From: Thermoplasmata archaeon
Lineage (GTDB): Archaea > Thermoplasmatota > Thermoplasmata > Lutacidiplasmatales > UBA184
DNA: 64,000 nucleotides
Direction of reading: 5' to 3'
Assembly (NCBI GenBank): GCA_028864975.1
Contig: JAGWLG010000014.1
Coordinates: 1 to 64,000 of the forward strand
The notes beneath the pieces are model-generated. The model worked only from the letters and a program-made list of their open reading frames with translations. It searched no databases and was not told the DNA's origin. The position numbers and the translations under genes were made by a program. Of the stretch, positions 46,725 through 55,291 are shown in pieces. Each line of letters begins with the position of its first letter. The stretch's first letter is position 1.

Positions 46725-47525
46725 TCAAGCGATTCGGCGACCTGCGGCTAGAAATCCTGTGTGCCCCAGCATCTCGAACTCGGGTCGCGTCCCCCCCTCG
46801 CCCACATGAAGTCCCCGTTCGAGTAGCTCCAGCGCTCGGACCCCCTCGAACCCTGCCTCACGCATGGCCCGAACACTCTGCTCGAGCTGATTGAATGTCG
46901 GGGTGTATGTGGCAAGGTACCCGCCAGGACGCAGTGATTCCTTGGCCGACGCGAGCACCCGCCATGGTTCAGGAAGGTCCAAGATCACCGAGTCGGCCTC
47001 CCGAACGTCGAACCCATGGGTGACATCTTGGATCCGCAAGGTCACCCGCGAGAGAAGCCCCGAGCGTTCGAGGTTCTCCCTGGCGACCTTCTGGTGCTCG
47101 GGGCGCCGGTCATAGCTCACCACATGCCCAGATTCCCCTACCATGGTCGCGAGAAACAGTGTGAGACCCCCACTCCCCGTGCCCGCTTCCAAGACGAAAG
47201 CCCCCGGGCGGACGCCCGCAAGATAGAGCAGCGAGAGGGCATCCTTGGGGGTGATGATCTGCGCCCTTCGCCGCATCTGCGAGACGAGGTCTGGAAGGCT
47301 GGGACGGAAGATGCGAAAGAGGCGCCCTGCGAGAGGGACCTCAACCCCTTCCTCGGACCCAATCGCCGGGGACAGGTCGAGGACCCCAAGCCCTTCGATG
47401 AGCGTCGGCCCTCGGGTCAGGGTAAGCAAGTAGCTCTCTCCCTCCTTGCGCCGAGCGACCACGCGTTCACCTTCGACGAGTGGCCTCGCGGGCCTTGGAG
47501 GGACTGGTACCTCCCGGCCGTTCAT
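46725..47525 (-). CDS. trmI: tRNA (adenine-N1)-methyltransferase
   Basis: QIITPKD, VLEAGTGSG, LDLPEPW, PTFNQ, MLGHTGFL. Confidence 0.92.
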   Translation of the reverse strand: MNGREVPVPPRPARPLVEGERVVARRKEGESYLLTLTRGPTLIEGLGVLDLSPAIGSEEGVEVPLAGRLFRIFRPSLPDLVSQMRRRAQIITPKDALSLLYLAGVRPGAFVLEAGTGSGGLTLFLATMVGESGHVVSYDRRPEHQKVARENLERSGLLSRVTLRIQDVTHGFDVREADSVILDLPEPWRVLASAKESLRPGGYLATYTPTFNQLEQSVRAMREAGFEGVRALELLERGLHVGEGGTRPEFEMLGHTGFLAAGRRIA

Positions 47526-48160
47526 CGCCCCCCCCAGACCCCGGTGGGTCGTCCGCGACCAGACCGCGCTCGTCGTGGGCCCCGCTTCGTCCCCATGCCC
47601 TGGGGTCGACGGTGGGGCGGCCCTCGCTCAGGGAACAGCAACGGCTCGGCCAGGTAGAGGGCAAGCATGGTGGTGGACTGATGCAGGTCTCCCCCGCGAA
47701 GGCGATCGTAGGCGAGCTCGATCGGAAGTGTGACGACGCGGAGATCTTCGTAGGGGTCTAAGTGGGCCTTCCCCCGTCTCAGGCGGCGCGCGACGAAGAG
47801 GTGCCCCCTGTGGCGGCCGAGATGCGGCGATGGATAGTACCATCCTAAGCGTTGGAGGTCCAGGGCACGGTACCCGGTTTCCTCTTCGAGCTCCCGGTAT
47901 GCGGCGGTCATAGGGTCCTCCCCCTTTTCGATCATCCCCCCTGGGAGTTCGAGCAGATACCCCCCCAGAGGAGGGCGATATTGCTCGACGAAGACGATCT
48001 CCCCATGCTCGGTCACTGGAACTATCGTCGAGAAGGAAGGGCTCTCCAAACGGGTGTAGAGCAGGGTCCCCCCCTCCGGACGGCGAAGGACGTCCTCGTA
48101 GAGCTCGAAGAGATCCGTGTGATGGACGAGGCGGGAGCTCTGCCGTTGCCAGGGGGGCAC
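47522..48160 (-). CDS. NUDIX hydrolase (ADP-ribose pyrophosphatase-like)
   Basis: Exact Nudix box GMIEKGEDPMTAAYRELEEETGY, QYRPP, YPSP. Confidence 0.9.
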   Translation of the reverse strand: MPPWQRQSSRLVHHTDLFELYEDVLRRPEGGTLLYTRLESPSFSTIVPVTEHGEIVFVEQYRPPLGGYLLELPGGMIEKGEDPMTAAYRELEEETGYRALDLQRLGWYYPSPHLGRHRGHLFVARRLRRGKAHLDPYEDLRVVTLPIELAYDRLRGGDLHQSTTMLALYLAEPLLFPERGPPHRRPQGMGTKRGPRRARSGRGRPTGVWGGR

Positions 48161-48232
48161 GGTCCGGCGAGCGAGGAACCCCTCTTAATCCCTGACGGGG
48201 CTCACGGACGGTGGAGTACGCCTCCTCCTTGC

Positions 48233-48238
48233 TTATAT
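48233..48238 (+). promoter_or_regulatory. TATA box of the tRNA-Gly gene
   Basis: TTATAT ends 27 nt upstream of the tRNA 5' end. Confidence 0.6.
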
Positions 48239-48264
48239 CGGGAAGGGCTCCTCGGCCCTCGCGC

Positions 48265-48338
48265 GCGGCCTTAGTATAGCCTGGTTAGAACGGTGGCTTG
48301 CCAAGCCATCGACGCGGGTTCAAATCCCGCAGGCCGCA
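48265..48338 (+). tRNA. tRNA-Gly(GCC), CCA not encoded
   Basis: Acceptor GCGGCCT/AGGCCGC + A73, anticodon arm GTGGC-TTGCCAA-GCCAT, T-arm GCGGG-TTCAAAT-CCCGC, 4-nt variable loop. The D-stem is weak (A12.A23). Confidence 0.93.
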
Positions 48339-48478
48339 TGGATGCCAACTCGAACCCGGGTCCGGCCCGCAACCCGAAGGCTACACTCCCTACGCCCAAT
48401 CTTCGGCCAGCTCAAGAGTTCGACGGGGAATCGTGTGTTGACGGGCGCCGGTCGTCGGACTACTCTCGCTCGAGTTCC

Positions 48479-49747
48479 TCAGCTGCGACGGCCCGGGACC
48501 GGGCCATGACCCGCCGCCACCTTCGCATGAGAAGCGGCGGAGGTCGAAAGCGACAGGGGAGACGCATGCTGAGGCCGTTCCACTGGTGCAACTTGAACGG
48601 ACGGTTCCATGAGGTAGGGAGTCGCAGCGCGGTTCTCTAGATTCAAGGCTCGGTGAATCTGAGCAAGGGCACGGAAGTGGTAAAGCAAGAAGACAGAGAC
48701 ATCGTGGAACTGCGAACGCCCTCCTTGCCTCGGGAGCCCTGGGACTCCAACTTCGACCATGGAGAGGCCGCCTCGTCCCGCACGGAGAGTCTGTTCGATC
48801 GCCCAGTTGCTTTCAGAGATGGAGAGTATCGTCGGAAGCTTGACCGACCGAATGGCCCGGTAGCCGGAGGTAAGGTCGGTGAGTGAGTATCCGGTCATGC
48901 GGCGCACCAAGGAGGTGTAGATCCGGATGCCCGCCCGCCTCGTAGTGGAGAGTGTCGGGAACGTTCCATCGACAAGTCGGGAGGCGATCACGTAGTCGGC
49001 TCGCCCCAGGAGGATCGGTCCCACTATGCTCGGTAGTGCCCCGGCGTCGTGCTGACCATCCGCGTCCATCTGTACAACGATATCCGCGCGGGCCCGCAAT
49101 GCGGCGAGAAAGCCCGTCGTTAGAGCCCCCCCAATCCCCAGAGCGTAGGCGTGACGAAGGGTGATAGCCCCTGCGTCGCGAGCGATCCCTCCCGTCCAGT
49201 CGTTCGAACCGTCATCAATGACGATGGCCCGCTGGTCCACGGCGGCCGCGTTCCGTTTCAGCGAGGCGAGGACTCCTGGGAGCGCCGACTGCTCGTTCTT
49301 GGCGGGAATGACGACGGCCACCCGGGGTCCGCTCCTCGGGCTCTTCGCCCAGCTTTCGATCTGAGCGCTCGCTCCCTCCAGGGCCATTTCCCTCGTGAGC
49401 GCGGCCAAGTGCTGCTCGCTGCGCAGGGTCTTGAACCAGAAGAACGAGCCAATCAGGGTGATCGTGAGCAAGAGGGCGTCCCAGAGCACGTACCCGCCGG
49501 GACTGGTCTTGGGGATAGGAAAGAGAAGTCCGAAGATGTCCGGACGGACCCAGAGAACCCCTAGGAGCCCGAGGAAGGCCATGGCCCAGACCGTGGACCG
49601 CAGCCCGAGCCTTCCCATTCTCCATATCGCGAACAGAAGGACTTCCACGGAGACGAACAAGACGATCGAGAGCCAGCTCGCCCAGATCGTGGGCAACCCT
49701 TGCCCGAGATTCATGGGCAGGGTCCACAGCGGGAGCGCTGGGAGCAC
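48479..49747 (-). CDS. DUF2304-like membrane domain fused to DPM-synthase-like GT2
   Basis: Three TM helices ending in ALTREMAL, then VVIPAKNE, VIDDGSND, QMDADGQH, DLTSGYRA. Start placed at GTG 49747, about 28 nt after TTATATA. Confidence 0.75.
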   Translation of the reverse strand: MLPALPLWTLPMNLGQGLPTIWASWLSIVLFVSVEVLLFAIWRMGRLGLRSTVWAMAFLGLLGVLWVRPDIFGLLFPIPKTSPGGYVLWDALLLTITLIGSFFWFKTLRSEQHLAALTREMALEGASAQIESWAKSPRSGPRVAVVIPAKNEQSALPGVLASLKRNAAAVDQRAIVIDDGSNDWTGGIARDAGAITLRHAYALGIGGALTTGFLAALRARADIVVQMDADGQHDAGALPSIVGPILLGRADYVIASRLVDGTFPTLSTTRRAGIRIYTSLVRRMTGYSLTDLTSGYRAIRSVKLPTILSISESNWAIEQTLRAGRGGLSMVEVGVPGLPRQGGRSQFHDVSVFLLYHFRALAQIHRALNLENRAATPYLMEPSVQVAPVERPQHASPLSLSTSAASHAKVAAGHGPVPGRRS

Positions 49748-50033
49748 ATTGCGGAGATTTACACCGATGGCTGGTATATAAGCGAGGCCGTAGACATACG
49801 CCTCGCTATTCCATGTCACGGCACAGTCACAAGGTGGACCCAAGTCGAGACTGACGCTCATATACCGGTGCTTCGACTGAGTGCCCGGAGCAGGGGAGCC
49901 TATGGACGCTCGAGAAGCCAAGCCCGTCAGGGTGGCCCGCGCCATCCAGGCTCCACGACTCGCTTCTCCGGGGGCCCCCCCAACCGCGTCAGCCTCCCTC
50001 CAGCACCCCACGAGAGCCTCCACTCCCGCTTCC

Positions 50034-50834
50034 ATGATGTTCGACGACCTCACCGAGGTACCGGTCGACGTCACGGTCGTGGTCCCGACCTTCAACGAGC
50101 GTGAGAGCATCGCGCCCCTTGTCCGGGCCCTGGAGGCGGTCCTCAATCCCCTCCCATATCGCACCGAGATCGTGGTGGTCGACGATGCATCCCCCGACGG
50201 CACCGCGGAAGTGGTTCGCCGACTTCCCACTAGGGTGCCCACCCGGATCATAGTTCGGCATCACGACAAGGGGCTGGCCTCTGCGGTCCTTACCGGCGTT
50301 TCGGCAGCGAAGGGGCGGGTCTGTCTCGTGATGGACGCCGACGGAAGCCACCCGCCCGACATGGCCCCGGCGCTGATCGAGACGGTGCTCGAGGGGCGGG
50401 CCGAAATGGTCCTCGCCAGCAGGTATGCTCCTGGCGGGACCACCGATCAAGGATGGCCATCGGCTCGCCGACTGATGAGCAGAGTGGCGACCTGGTTGGC
50501 TCGCCCCCTCACCTCCGTGCACGACCCGATGACCGGGTTCTTCGCCCTCGATTCCCGTATCCTGTCCCGAGGGGATCTATCTCCGATCGGCTACAAGATC
50601 GGTCTCGAGTTCCTCGTGCGATGCCGCCCGCACCCTGTGCTCGAGGTCCCGTTCGTCTTCCGGGACCGACGCGTGGGCAACAGCAAGATGTCGTTCAAGG
50701 AGGTGTTCCGATATGCCCGGCACCTCTCCCGTCTCTATCTCGACCGGATGGAGGGGAAGTTCGGACCCTACATCCCCTCCCCAGATGTGCCCCCGGGGGG
50801 GGAGAAGACGGCCTCTCCCGGGCCGACGCTCTAG
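50034..50834 (+). CDS. Polyprenol-monophosphomannose / Dol-P-Man synthase-like GT2
   Basis: VVPTFNERE, VVDDASPDGT, GLASAV, VMDADGSHPP, SRYAPGG, DPMTGFF, GYKIGLE, FRDRRVGNSKM. Confidence 0.9.
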   Translation: MMFDDLTEVPVDVTVVVPTFNERESIAPLVRALEAVLNPLPYRTEIVVVDDASPDGTAEVVRRLPTRVPTRIIVRHHDKGLASAVLTGVSAAKGRVCLVMDADGSHPPDMAPALIETVLEGRAEMVLASRYAPGGTTDQGWPSARRLMSRVATWLARPLTSVHDPMTGFFALDSRILSRGDLSPIGYKIGLEFLVRCRPHPVLEVPFVFRDRRVGNSKMSFKEVFRYARHLSRLYLDRMEGKFGPYIPSPDVPPGGEKTASPGPTL

Positions 50835-51154
50835 GACAGCTCGACCTCGATCTGCCCGTCTTCCACCCGCGTGTGGTAGACCTGCAGTTCGCGGGTCTTC
50901 ATCGCGCCGTACGGCCCCTGGAGCACGATTCCGCTCTTGACGTCGAAGACCGAGCCGTGGCGGGGACAGGTCAGTCGATTGCCCTGCAACTTGCCTTGGG
51001 CGAGGTCGCCCTGGGCATGGGTGCACTTCGCAGCTGTAGCGTAGACCTGGTCCATGTGGTGGATGAGGAGGATGAGGTGACCGTTGAGATCGATCTCACG
51101 CATCCCTCCTGGGGGGACTTCGCTCCGGGCGACCCCCGTTCTCACCCAAGCCAT
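50831..51154 (-). CDS. Rieske [2Fe-2S] ferredoxin
   Basis: CTH..CPRHGSVFDVKSG (CxH..CxxH). Start at ATG 51154. Confidence 0.9.
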   Translation of the reverse strand: MAWVRTGVARSEVPPGGMREIDLNGHLILLIHHMDQVYATAAKCTHAQGDLAQGKLQGNRLTCPRHGSVFDVKSGIVLQGPYGAMKTRELQVYHTRVEDGQIEVELS

Positions 51155-51210
51155 ACAAGGCCCCACCTCCGGCTCGTACAAATGCTTCGCGCAGGAGAGC
51201 CTTCGCTCGA

Positions 51211-53376
51211 CTAGGAGGGATGGAGACTGACCGCCGCGGTTTCGATACCGGCACCAGGGTCGAGCTGGTAGGCCGCGATCTGGACGCCGATCGCGGGGGC
51301 TCCAATCGTGAAGTTGAGGACGATGGAGGTCCATCCCCCGCCCCGCAGCAATGAATGCGGAACGTAGAGGATCGCGTCAGGATCTCCCGCGAAGCCTTCG
51401 ACATGGAGGAACAGCACCGAGCTAGTGTTGGTCGGCGGAGCGCCTGGGCCCATCGGTTCCTCGGCCAGAAGGACGTCCATCGAATAGTTCCCCACGGGCA
51501 GCGACACCGCGGGCGTGTCCCAGAGGTGGGTGGTCTCTCCGGGCATGCCCCAGAGGGCTTCGTTGTAGGGGGTTCCGGGAGCCGCGAGCAGGTTGGTGGC
51601 CGGGTCTGCGAGGAGCGCGGCGGGGGTCCAAGCCCAAAGTGGGTGGACGGGACCCCCCAGTAGAAGAGCAGGCCCGTGGTATCCACTTTCGAACAGGATT
51701 ACACCGCCGACGGGAGTTTCCTCCACGATTCCCACCACCCCATAGTCGCCCGTCGAGTACAGTATTTCGTCCAGCCAGGAGGGGACCAACCAATCGCGGT
51801 TCTCCGAGATCAGTACGTAGCGGGGGAGTTCGGCCGAGCTGAACGGAAGAAAGGCCGGGTACTGGTTCGGGTCCCAGTACAGACTGTAGGCATGGAGGTT
51901 GTTCGCTACGAGGGGAAAGAGGTTGTCCGAGGCCAGTACGACCGCACCAGGGGGGATGAGCGAGACTAGCTGAGTGACGTCGCTGTACCCGGGGGGGACC
52001 TCATATGAGAACTGGTAGGCGGCCCCCTGCCCGGAGTCATGCAGGACAGGGTCGAGCGGGCTCATGAGGAGATTGACTGCGACAAGAGCGGTGACGGTCA
52101 CCGCCACGGTTCCTCTGGAGGGACGCCGGAGCCCCACCGGGCTCGCTCGTCGCTGCGCCCCGGTAGAGGTCTCCTGCCACCATCCCTGGAGCCTTCGAAG
52201 ACCAAAGATGAATGAGAGCATCAGAGGGATCGCGAAAATGTACCCATACTGGAATCCGATGATCGAGAAGTTCGCATTCGTGTTGAAGACGGTGAAAATC
52301 CACCATGGGAACGCCAGGACGTACCCTCGCAGCGACAAGAGGGGGACCAGGCCAAGCAGCGCGTATGTGATGATCCAGAACGAGAGCTTCCCGAAGGGGT
52401 CCACGGAGGCCCCCCCGAGACCGACTCCGAGAAGCCCTGGAGATGCCCCAATGACGCCCTCTCCAGGAGCCCGCACGATCGGAGAAATCGGGGGAAGCCC
52501 CAGGAGAGGTTGTATCCAGAACGACTGAAGGAACCGCAGAAAGTAGTAGCTCACGATGGAGGCGAGGAGGAGGGCAGCCGACACCTGGTGGCGTCGGTCG
52601 AGGAGGTACCAGCGTAGTTGGGCTCCGAGAGGGCGGAGCAACGCTCTAAGCCGTTGCGAACCCCAGCTTGAACGCCAACCTTGAAGCAGCCCACGTAGGC
52701 CGTCCCTAGAAGGGAGAAGGAACACCAGGGCTATTGTCGCCATGAGTACGGGAGCAATCTCCATGGTCAGAAGGGCCACCACGGCGACAGCCGCACCCCA
52801 GGCGTACTGGCGACGGTACCATAGCAGGAAGAAGGTGAAGAACTCCACCGGGAGAAACGCCTCGACATGGAAATCGTAGATGCTTGAACCGATGACCGCC
52901 GCGGAGCACAGGAAGAGCAGAGGTGGAGTGAGCGCGATAGGTCCGCGCCCAACAACCTCACGCGAGAGGAGATAGAGAGGAATCGCCGCCCCGGCCACCA
53001 CAATCGACTGGAGAGTGAAGAGGGTCAGCGGCGAGGGCAGGGCATCGTACACGGGAGCCACGGCGAACAAGACGAAGGAGGTGTGGACCTCAAGGAACGA
53101 GGGATACCCCGCGACCTCGAAGTCGGCGGCCTCGTAAAGTGGACGACCGTGCCCGACGGACCATAGCGCCTGTTGGTAGAGCCCCAGGTCCCAGGTGGTC
53201 GCCTGCAGCTCGAGCACTCGAAGCTCGTCGATCGTAACTGTGGCGATTACATAGAAGACCATTCCGCCCAAGAGCACCAGGTACGGACGCCGAAGGATCC
53301 GTCGTACGAGCCTGGCCATCGAGTCGAGGGGACCCCCGGCCTGCTGGGTAGCTCCGCCAGGATCCAGCGGGGTCAT
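51211..53376 (-). CDS. DUF2079-like membrane protein 1 (with extra C-terminal beta-sandwich-like domain)
   Basis: WDLGLYQQALWS, EVHTS, DFHVEAFLP, multiple TM helices, IPPGAVVLASDNLFPLVAN. Confidence 0.8.
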   Translation of the reverse strand: MTPLDPGGATQQAGGPLDSMARLVRRILRRPYLVLLGGMVFYVIATVTIDELRVLELQATTWDLGLYQQALWSVGHGRPLYEAADFEVAGYPSFLEVHTSFVLFAVAPVYDALPSPLTLFTLQSIVVAGAAIPLYLLSREVVGRGPIALTPPLLFLCSAAVIGSSIYDFHVEAFLPVEFFTFFLLWYRRQYAWGAAVAVVALLTMEIAPVLMATIALVFLLPSRDGLRGLLQGWRSSWGSQRLRALLRPLGAQLRWYLLDRRHQVSAALLLASIVSYYFLRFLQSFWIQPLLGLPPISPIVRAPGEGVIGASPGLLGVGLGGASVDPFGKLSFWIITYALLGLVPLLSLRGYVLAFPWWIFTVFNTNANFSIIGFQYGYIFAIPLMLSFIFGLRRLQGWWQETSTGAQRRASPVGLRRPSRGTVAVTVTALVAVNLLMSPLDPVLHDSGQGAAYQFSYEVPPGYSDVTQLVSLIPPGAVVLASDNLFPLVANNLHAYSLYWDPNQYPAFLPFSSAELPRYVLISENRDWLVPSWLDEILYSTGDYGVVGIVEETPVGGVILFESGYHGPALLLGGPVHPLWAWTPAALLADPATNLLAAPGTPYNEALWGMPGETTHLWDTPAVSLPVGNYSMDVLLAEEPMGPGAPPTNTSSVLFLHVEGFAGDPDAILYVPHSLLRGGGWTSIVLNFTIGAPAIGVQIAAYQLDPGAGIETAAVSLHPS

Positions 53377-53482
53377 GGGCCGAGCAGACCCCTCGGAGGT
53401 AAGAGCCTACCCACGATCCTGCAGGCGACGTCGCTCCCGGGGAGGGACGAGGCTCTGCCCCAATGATGCCCGACCGCCCCTA

Positions 53483-55264
53483 TCACCCACCGATGCGGCC
53501 TGTTGAATCCACGCTCGCATCCCGTCCGGCCGAGGGTTCGTAAAGGGACGACAGGGGCTGGGTGCTGGCCACTTGGTAGAGCTCAATCGTCCCCTTCGGT
53601 ACACCGGTCACCTCCCCGATAAGGTCGTACGCTGAGGCATTCCCCAACAGCACGAGCAGCCATGCGGGAACGCCGTTCACCTCATTGGAGGAGATTAGGA
53701 CATACGTGGGGAGGTGCGAGACGTTGAACGGGAAATGATGCAGCGCATCGGTGCCCGTAGGGAAGAAGGAGTAGGCGTTCACGTCGTTCGCGACCAGCGG
53801 GAACAGGTCGTCGCTCGCTACGACGACGGCCCCGGACGGGATATGGGACGCTAGCATCTCCACCTCAGCAAACTGTGACGGTGGGAGGTAGCTCACCTGG
53901 TACCCACTTCCCTGCTGGTGGTTCTGCATCAGGGGGTCCAGAGGAGACAGACCCACTTCGAGGATCACCATGGCCACTAGCGCCCACGATAGGAGGCCAG
54001 GGTGCCGCGCCCATAGGTCCCAACGCGCATGCGAGGCCGGGATGTCCGAGGTAGTATGACCGCGCATTCGTGGCCTCGTCCGGATTGTCGAGGGGTGCAT
54101 CCTCAGCGCGAACTCTGGGAGCGAGATGTCGAGGTCAGAGACCCCATAGACGAAGCCCACCAGCAGCGGGACCACGGGAAGGAAGCCATATTGCAACCCC
54201 AGCTTGGTGTACTCGAGACTACTGAGGAAAGTGTAAGCGAGCCAAGGGAGGACGAGAATCTGGGTCCTCAGAGCACGGAACGGCAGGAAAGCAACGAGGG
54301 CGTAGGCAAGAACCCAGTACCCGACCCTCTGGGAGACCCCTATGACGATGTGGGAGGGCTGGAGGTGAAGGTCTCCGCCCACGAACGGGACGGGTGGGTT
54401 CGCCGCGGGCATCAATGGGGTCAGCAGGACGACCGACGGGTCGTCCTGCATCAGGCGCAGAAGCCCAAAAGCAGCGACCGAGGCCAATAGCAGGATCATC
54501 GTTGCCCGGGTCGTCCGAGGCACCAGCCACCGTCGGACGATGCTGACGGTGTCTCGTATCCACCCTTCGGGCGGCCGCCGCCCCGCTCTGACTCCTTGGA
54601 CTAGGGACTTGTACAGCTCCCCGAGGGCCGGATAGAGAAAGTAGAGTGCAAGGGCCCCGACCAGGAACGGTGTCACCTCGATGGTCGCGAAGCTTAGGAA
54701 GGCAACAGCTGCTCCCCACCAGTACCTCCCTCGTTTCCACAAGAGAAAGATGGTGAAGAGCTCTAACGGCAGGAAGGACTCCAGGTGAAAGTCGGCGAGG
54801 TTTGCAGAGATAAGCAACGGGGAGACCAGGTATACTCCCGCGGATAGGAGCGACTTCTTCTCCGACCCCGTGACGTCCAGAGCGATCCAATATAGGGGGA
54901 ACGCAGCCAGGCCTACGATCAGCGCTTGGAGGGCGAACAGCGTGATCGGGGATGCTGCGAGGGTATAGACGGGGACGAGAGCCACCACGACAAACGAAGG
55001 ATGGATCTCGAAGAGCGAGGACGCACCCGATTGTTGGTAGTCATCGGCTTCGTAGAGGGGGTGGCCATGACTAGTGGACCAGAGCGCCTGTTGGAATGTG
55101 CCTATATCCCAGTCTCCGGTCGCAAGTTCCACGTAACGGGCCGTGGAGAGCGAGAGCAAGACGACGATGTAGACCAGGACGAAGAGGACCAACAACGGGT
55201 GCAGATCCTGGTGCCGCGAAACGTTCGGGAGGCCTTCCGCTGCTTGGGTCCTCCGCGCCTGCAT
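53483..55264 (-). CDS. DUF2079-like membrane protein 2
   Basis: WDIGTFQQALWS, EIHPS, DFHLESFLP, IPSGAVVVASDDLFPLVAN. Confidence 0.8.
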   Translation of the reverse strand: MQARRTQAAEGLPNVSRHQDLHPLLVLFVLVYIVVLLSLSTARYVELATGDWDIGTFQQALWSTSHGHPLYEADDYQQSGASSLFEIHPSFVVVALVPVYTLAASPITLFALQALIVGLAAFPLYWIALDVTGSEKKSLLSAGVYLVSPLLISANLADFHLESFLPLELFTIFLLWKRGRYWWGAAVAFLSFATIEVTPFLVGALALYFLYPALGELYKSLVQGVRAGRRPPEGWIRDTVSIVRRWLVPRTTRATMILLLASVAAFGLLRLMQDDPSVVLLTPLMPAANPPVPFVGGDLHLQPSHIVIGVSQRVGYWVLAYALVAFLPFRALRTQILVLPWLAYTFLSSLEYTKLGLQYGFLPVVPLLVGFVYGVSDLDISLPEFALRMHPSTIRTRPRMRGHTTSDIPASHARWDLWARHPGLLSWALVAMVILEVGLSPLDPLMQNHQQGSGYQVSYLPPSQFAEVEMLASHIPSGAVVVASDDLFPLVANDVNAYSFFPTGTDALHHFPFNVSHLPTYVLISSNEVNGVPAWLLVLLGNASAYDLIGEVTGVPKGTIELYQVASTQPLSSLYEPSAGRDASVDSTGRIGG

Positions 55265-55291
55265 GGAGCGTTCTTCCTCGACCTCCCTGAC

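Noticed and set aside
49748-50251. N-terminal extension of the 590-aa ORF
   Set aside because: It overlaps the DPM-synthase gene on the other strand, and a TATA box at 49775-81 supports a later start.
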